A stretch of 64,000 bases of DNA from Candidatus Melainabacteria bacterium (GTDB lineage Bacteria > Cyanobacteriota > Vampirovibrionia > Gastranaerophilales > Gastranaerophilaceae). The notes under the pieces were generated by a model. The model did not search any database and had not been told where the DNA came from. It saw only the letters and a program-made list of their open reading frames with translations. The position numbers and the translations under genes were made by a program. Location of the stretch: contig QHMG01000005.1 of NCBI GenBank assembly GCA_003258725.1, positions 47,152-111,151 on the forward strand, given 5' to 3'. Positions 59,276-64,000 of the stretch are shown here, piece after piece. How positions within the stretch are numbered: the first letter of the stretch is position 1; every line of letters starts with the position of its first letter.

Positions 59276-59576
59276 CTATTTATAAGTATTCTTCCATTAA
59301 GAATGTCCTAGTATTATAAACTAAATGAAGTAGCAATGTCAATTTTACTATACATGTAATAATAATATACATGTATGAAATTTTAATATTTGTATACATT
59401 ATAAGGGGGATTTTTGTCATTATTTAATGTAAAAAAATGTAAACATACCGTATAATAACCATGATTATAGTTGACTTTTAGCCAACAGTCATTAAAGACA
59501 AAAAGAAAGTATAAATAGTCGAAATACGAGAGAAAAAGAAGAAAGTAGTTATACAAAAAGATAGGAGAAACCGCTT

Positions 59577-60893
59577 ATGGGTATGGCAGCATCACAGGCA
59601 AGATACTTAGGTCTTACCGCAAGAAAAACAAACGTTGAATATGAAGGTCAACAAATTAACCAAGCTCGTACTGCATTAGGTAACCAATCAGCTACTTTGT
59701 GGAATCAAATGTTAAGTTTGTCAATTCCGACATGTCCTAACACTACTGATTACACAACTGTACAATACTCATTCAGTGATGGTTACAACAAGTACACAAT
59801 TTCTAACGTTCAGTCAGTTGAAAAAGAAATTGACGGCGTTAAGTACAACAAACAAATTACTTATTACTACAATCAAGACACATTCAAGGGTATTCAATCT
59901 AAGAACACTAACCCTCAAGCTCAAAAAATTGATGATTGGTCTGCAACAGTTAATACAGACAATATTGAAGTTATTGATGACGGTGCTGGCGGAGTTAAAT
60001 ACGCTTTGGCAGGTGACAATACAATTGAAGTAACAAGAAATACTGTTGATACAAAATCAGCAGAGTACACAGCTTATTTGAAGGCTAACAAGCTAGATAA
60101 ATTAGATGATGGCGAAGAATTGTATTCATTCAAATATACTGACGCTGACGGCAAAGAACAAACAGTTTACCAACGTGGTAACGATATTGTTAACTTAGAT
60201 GCCGGAAATGTTGGTAAAAAAATGAGTTCAGCAACATTGGCTAACAATCCGTCTTACATGGTTGGTAATTCAAAAGCAACATTATATGATCCAAACGATA
60301 AAGAACAATTAGCAGCTTATGAACAATTAAAACAAGACTTCCCAGAACAAGATTTTGATGCGGATCAAGTTTATGTTTATAAGAAAACAGGCAACCAAAT
60401 GTTCTTTGCTAAGAAATCGGACTTAGATGCTTGTATTGCAAGTGGTCAAGTTGATGTAAAAGATGACAGATTCCAAATTTCATCTCAAATTGATTACCAA
60501 GCTCCATTGAATCAATACTATGCAACAACAATTTCTCAAAAAGTTGAAAACACAGATTACGCAATTATGGACGATTTCTCTGGCTCTGGTCGTTTTTCAA
60601 ATGTAAAATTAAGCACAATGAGTGATACATTTGAAGTTCAATCAGAAGAAATTACTGATGAAAAAGCTTATAATGATGCGATGAATCAATACAACTATGA
60701 TGTTACAAAATACGAAAAATCAATGGCTGATATCAACGCAAAAACATCTGTAATTCAAGAACAAGATAGACAACTTGAATTGAGATTGAAACAGTTAGAA
60801 ACAGAACAAAAAGCGCTTTCAACTGAAATGGACGCTGTTAAAGGTATTATTTCTAAGAATGTTGAATCAACATTCAAAACATTCTCATCATAG
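59577..60893 (+). CDS. Novel-family protein B (438 aa), paralog of 52583..53905
   Basis: Collinear with A. The N-terminal 50 aa and C-terminal about 70 aa are near-identical and the core is divergent. RBS GGAGA-N7-ATG. A roughly 300-bp AT-rich leader lies upstream. Confidence 0.6.
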   Translation: MGMAASQARYLGLTARKTNVEYEGQQINQARTALGNQSATLWNQMLSLSIPTCPNTTDYTTVQYSFSDGYNKYTISNVQSVEKEIDGVKYNKQITYYYNQDTFKGIQSKNTNPQAQKIDDWSATVNTDNIEVIDDGAGGVKYALAGDNTIEVTRNTVDTKSAEYTAYLKANKLDKLDDGEELYSFKYTDADGKEQTVYQRGNDIVNLDAGNVGKKMSSATLANNPSYMVGNSKATLYDPNDKEQLAAYEQLKQDFPEQDFDADQVYVYKKTGNQMFFAKKSDLDACIASGQVDVKDDRFQISSQIDYQAPLNQYYATTISQKVENTDYAIMDDFSGSGRFSNVKLSTMSDTFEVQSEEITDEKAYNDAMNQYNYDVTKYEKSMADINAKTSVIQEQDRQLELRLKQLETEQKALSTEMDAVKGIISKNVESTFKTFSS

Positions 60894-60916
60894 TAAACGA
60901 CTTAATAAGCTTAGAA

Positions 60917-60976
60917 GTGCGTTGCGTTACATATATAAACGCACTTCTAGAGCGGATAGTAGTAACTTATGTAACG
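60917..60976 (+). promoter_or_regulatory. Stem-loop / alternative-pairing element between family B and the downstream Gly-rich gene (putative attenuator)
   Basis: TAGAAGTGCGTT-loop-AACGCACTTCTA 12-bp stem with no T-run. TGCGTTACAT / ATGTAACGCA offers alternative pairing. Confidence 0.4.
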
Positions 60977-61005
60977 CACAACCCCTTAAAACGAGGTAAA
61001 CAATT

Positions 61006-61854
61006 ATGTCATATAAAAATGATAGTTTATTAGTTATAGCAAACAAATTCGGTGCAGCATCAGGCGATGCAAAAGTTCAGTTATACGAAACTTATGACCG
61101 ATTAAGAGACTTGACAGTATCAGGCTCAGCAAGTTCTGGTACAGGTTTTGAGTTGGCTGGTGGTGCGTTGTATAAAGTTGCAAGTTTGTTTGCACCATCG
61201 TCATTTATGACAACATTGGGAGGTACACAATCCTTTAATATCCCTGGTACATCATACTGGTCACCGATTACAGGTTCAACTGCACAAGTTAATGGTACAA
61301 CATCTGCCTTCGGTATTGGTAATTTGGGGAGTTATTCAGGATTCCCAAATGGTGCAGCAGGATTATCCCTAAGTGGATTTGCAACAGGTGGCGCATCATC
61401 AATTACGGATACTTTAAGCGGTTTCGGTACATCAAGTGGTGTTGTAACAGGTGGTGCGTCATCAATTGGTGCAATTGCCGATGTTGCAAGTGCAACAGCT
61501 TACGGTGTTGGTACTGCAAATGGTTACGGTATTGGTCTGCAAAACGTAGTAATGCCTGTAGCTGGTATTTTATCAGGTTGGGGCGGTATCATGACTGCTG
61601 CTGCTCCTTACTTGGGTGAATATGGTTTGCCTGCAATCGTTATGGGTAACTTGATGCAAGGTACTTCATCAGCTGCCTTATCAGCTTATCAAAGTGTATC
61701 TTCAAACATTTTGGCTAATGCTGATACAATCCTTTCTAACAAGGTTAGAAATATTGAAACTGTATGTAAAATGCTTGATACACAAGGTGAAATTGTTAGA
61801 AAAATGTTAAAAGAAGGTATGGATTCTGACTCAAAGGCAATCCAAAACTTATAG
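61006..61854 (+). CDS. Gly/Ser/Thr-rich protein without signal peptide
   Basis: 282 aa. G/S/T/A-rich low-complexity core with a helical C-terminus. Follows family B. Confidence 0.45.
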   Translation: MSYKNDSLLVIANKFGAASGDAKVQLYETYDRLRDLTVSGSASSGTGFELAGGALYKVASLFAPSSFMTTLGGTQSFNIPGTSYWSPITGSTAQVNGTTSAFGIGNLGSYSGFPNGAAGLSLSGFATGGASSITDTLSGFGTSSGVVTGGASSIGAIADVASATAYGVGTANGYGIGLQNVVMPVAGILSGWGGIMTAAAPYLGEYGLPAIVMGNLMQGTSSAALSAYQSVSSNILANADTILSNKVRNIETVCKMLDTQGEIVRKMLKEGMDSDSKAIQNL

Positions 61855-62193
61855 TTGAAGAAATTCGGTAATGGAAACACGTACATATTTAAGAGTAATA
61901 ATTTACAAACTATTTGTAAATAACGTATTTATAAAGATTTTGACCTCTATTGTAAATTTTTATTACAATTTGTGGAGTTTTTTGCCTGCAAAGCTAAAGT
62001 TTAAGAAATCTATGCCGATAACATATTCGGATATGAAGAGAAACATCGTTTTCTTGAGTATCACGGGTGATAAGATAGACTGTACATGATTAAGACATGT
62101 TACAAACTTTTCAAATCATGCTAAAACATAGGCAATTATTGGAAAGAACATGTTTTTAAATATGTGAAGGTCAATCTATAAAGTTAAAAAGGA

Positions 62194-62478
62194 GTGAACG
62201 ATATGTTCCAATCAGAAACTTTACAGACTAACTTCAAAAGACTTATGAACTTCTTTGCTTATACAAGGAACTATTTCGCAAGAAATAATCCTATAAAGGC
62301 AATGACAGACGATATAGTTAATGCGTTAAAAGAGGCTTTAACAGTACGTAAAAAGTTAAAAATGGCGCAATACAGACTAAATTATCATAAGTATCAATTC
62401 AACCGTATGGAAGCCTTGATTGCAGAAAACAATCAACACAACTTCTTGAAAGGCAAGAACTTAAACGAAACCAGATAA
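62194..62478 (+). CDS. Small helical hypothetical protein
   Basis: 94 aa. AGGAG RBS. Confidence 0.35.
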   Translation: MNDMFQSETLQTNFKRLMNFFAYTRNYFARNNPIKAMTDDIVNALKEALTVRKKLKMAQYRLNYHKYQFNRMEALIAENNQHNFLKGKNLNETR

Positions 62479-62490
62479 AGGGATAAAACA

Positions 62491-62817
62491 ATGGGTTTAC
62501 TTACAGCTTCAATGAGAATGTTCACTTTGAACTCACAAAGATTGGATTTGGAATACAAAATTCAACTTGTTTCTCAAGCTAAAGCGGATTTGACAGTGCA
62601 AGATGCACAATTGATTAACGCAGGTACAGACTTGAGTGCTGATAGTCCTGTTCTTAAGCAATTAGAGGCAAGAAAAGAAAGATTACATTTGTTGGAAAAG
62701 AAATTAGATCAGCAAATGATGCAATATCAATCTCAGTTGAAAATGGTTGAAACCGAATTGAAATCTTGTCAGAACCAATTTGATAAGAATGTTGCAACCT
62801 CTTGCGGTTACCAATAG
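62491..62817 (+). CDS. Short member (108 aa) of the novel family: N-terminal motif plus coiled coil only
   Basis: MGLLTASMRMFTLNSQRLDLEYKIQLVSQAK aligns with MGMAASQARYLGLTARKTNVEYEGQQINQAR of A and B. The rest is a predicted coiled coil. Confidence 0.45.
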   Translation: MGLLTASMRMFTLNSQRLDLEYKIQLVSQAKADLTVQDAQLINAGTDLSADSPVLKQLEARKERLHLLEKKLDQQMMQYQSQLKMVETELKSCQNQFDKNVATSCGYQ

Positions 62818-62825
62818 AAAGATTT

Positions 62826-62866
62826 AAAAAAAATGGCGCTTGTCCATAGGACAAGCGCCATTTTTT
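62826..62866 (+). terminator. Rho-independent terminator
   Basis: TGGCGCTTGTCC ATAG GACAAGCGCCA followed by TTTTTT. Confidence 0.8.
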
Positions 62867-62960
62867 CATGCTTGCCTTAATTGACAAAGGTCTAAAAATA
62901 CGATAAAATGGTATATTATAGCAATAAGATGAGAGGAGAAATAATTAACAATAGAATACA

Positions 62961-63069
62961 ATGTCATGCTGAACTCGTTTCAGCATCTCGAGATTATCCA
63001 GACCCTGAACTAAATTCAGGGTGACATCAGAATTGAATATAAAATCTTATGTCATTCTGAACTTGTTTG
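62961..63069. repeat. Cluster of three palindromic-element copies in alternating orientation
   Basis: 62961-62987 ATGTCATGCTGAACTCGTTTCAGCATC (+). 63001-63027 GACCCTGAACTAAATTCAGGGTGACAT (-). 63049-63069 ATGTCATTCTGAACTTGTTTG (+, degenerate). Confidence 0.6.
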
Positions 63070-63072
63070 ACA

Positions 63073-63130
63073 AAGCGAACAGGCGAAGTATGAGCCTTGT
63101 GAGCCTGTCCCCCGTGTGACAGCATCTCAT
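63073..63130. repeat. About 58-bp GC-rich repeat, inverted copy of 47510..47567
   Basis: AAGCGAACAGGCGAAGTATGAGCCTTGTGAGCCTGTCCCCCGTGTGACAGCATCTCAT. Reverse complement about 90% identical to the 47.5 kb copy. Confidence 0.5.
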
Positions 63131-63202
63131 GTTTTAAAATCTAAAACAAAAATATTTACTAAATAAAATAGCCGTGATAAAATGAAGAAAAAGAGGTGAA
63201 AT

Positions 63203-63991
63203 ATGATTAGAAAATTAAAACAAATTTTTAATATACAAAACGAATGTCGTTCTGAACTTGTGGCAGAAACGCATAAAAGATACCGCAACATATTGCAAGC
63301 CTTCACTCTTGCTGAAGTACTAGTTGTAATCGGTATTATTGGTGTTGTATCAGCGCTAACTATTCCAAATTTGCAACAAGGTACAAATTCAAAAGAAGTA
63401 ATTACAAAGGTAACAAAAGCAAAAGCAACAATTGACGAGGCTTATGGTCGTGCTATTGCGACTTATGGTGATCCTTGCCTTTGGACAAAAGGTCAAACAA
63501 CGGCAGCTGCTCAAGCTGCGGTTTGGTATAACCGTATATTTGAAAATTTAAAAGTGGATAAAGATTGTGGACTTGTGGATAATACTAATAGGACTTGTTG
63601 GGATTCAACTTCAAATTTTGGCAATACTTACTATAAAGTTAAATTAGCTGATGGAACATCAATGGCAATGAGTGCAAATACAGGTGTTATTGCATTGGGA
63701 TATAACTGTGGAAGTTATGGCGTTGCATATAGTTTTTCTATTGATATTGATGGACCAAACAAAGGTTCTGGAAATGATTGTGATGATATATACACATTAA
63801 GTTATAATGTAACATCTTTTCTTGGTGATTATTCTGGAAATCTTAAAAAGAACTCAGCCGATTGTGCTGCTTGGGTATTGGATAAAGGCAATGCTGATTT
63901 CTTAAAGGCAACTGCAACTGGTGCAAATACTAGCTTCCAATGTCCAAATGGTAAATACTTAAATTGGTCTAACAACACAACTTGTAACTAA
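63203..63991 (+). CDS. Prepilin-type N-terminal cleavage/methylation domain protein (type IV pilin-like), second copy
   Basis: FTLAEVLVVIGIIGVVSALTIPNL. The track ORF N-terminus (63203-63292) encodes MIRKLKQIFNIQNECRSELVAETHKR and contains a palindromic-element copy at 63244-63270. The likely true start is TTG at 63293 (MQA|FTLAE). Confidence 0.7.
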   Translation: MIRKLKQIFNIQNECRSELVAETHKRYRNILQAFTLAEVLVVIGIIGVVSALTIPNLQQGTNSKEVITKVTKAKATIDEAYGRAIATYGDPCLWTKGQTTAAAQAAVWYNRIFENLKVDKDCGLVDNTNRTCWDSTSNFGNTYYKVKLADGTSMAMSANTGVIALGYNCGSYGVAYSFSIDIDGPNKGSGNDCDDIYTLSYNVTSFLGDYSGNLKKNSADCAAWVLDKGNADFLKATATGANTSFQCPNGKYLNWSNNTTCN

Positions 63992-64000
63992 GAATTTAAT

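Noticed and set aside
59480-59560. Sigma-28 (FliA) promoter upstream of family B and family A
   Set aside because: Only a weak TCGAAA match to the GCCGATAA -10, and the spacing to the upstream TAAA is wrong (21 vs 15). Not supportable without TSS data. Kept only as a remark in a finding.
33257-63270. CRISPR array
   Set aside because: The recurring 27-bp palindromes are dispersed across loci tens of kb apart, occur in both orientations, and are not separated by regularly sized unique spacers. No cas genes are present.

Overview
This is a low-GC (about one third G+C), densely coding chromosomal segment from what looks like a diderm, piliated and probably flagellated bacterium. The clues are an AMIN-domain amidase, an SLH-domain protein, CcdA, two prepilin-type proteins, and FliS with a PilZ/YcgR-like protein. 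It may be a Melainabacteria-like or similar host-associated lineage, but this is a guess from gene content only.

Most of the window is ordinary housekeeping:
- Cell wall and division: rsmH, ftsL-like, ftsI and murE in a fragment of the dcw cluster that ends in a nagA-like gene; class A PBP; AMIN-amidase with murI; murQ; ftsB-like.
- Translation and export: lysS, rpsO, ybeY, ychF, secA.
- Metabolism: purB, thrB, ribH, gpsA, tandem plsC paralogs, a FadD-like ligase, an OtnK-like kinase.
- Redox and metal handling: a CcdA plus thioredoxin pair, a CDF transporter, MntP.
- c-di-GMP signalling: a GAF-GGDEF-HD-GYP protein and a PilZ protein.
- Conserved operons: pgpH-ybeY-dgkA and ribH-murQ-gpsA-ricT.

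The non-routine content is threefold.

1. A previously unrecognisable protein family.
- It has two long paralogs of about 440 aa (52583..53905 on the minus strand, 59577..60893 on the plus strand) and one 108-aa member (62491..62817).
- All three share an N-terminal motif MG..AS..R...L.......EY..Q....QA[RK]. The long pair share the C-terminal helices and nearly identical leader/RBS sequences, and differ mainly in the central core.
- There is no signal peptide. This architecture is flagellin-like, but I see no flagellin signature.
- Each long gene sits in its own small operon of uncharacterised proteins: a Gly/Ser/Thr-rich protein, small helical proteins, an RRWYD-repeat protein, and an unannotated 57-aa gene with a strong RBS.
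- Elsewhere in the window there is an orphan flaG-fliS-fliT-like chaperone module with no flagellin or fliD gene next to it.

2. A family of intergenic palindromic elements of about 27 bp, consensus ATGTCAYNCTGAAYTNNTTTCAGNRTC.
- It occurs in both orientations at five or more loci, with compensatory stem substitutions.
- It is associated with larger GC-rich repeat modules shared between distant intergenic regions.

3. Pilin-like proteins with Ala rather than Gly at the predicted prepilin cleavage site. One of them appears to have its annotated N-terminus invaded by a repeat copy.

No CRISPR array, rRNA, tRNA or obvious mobile element or defense gene was seen.
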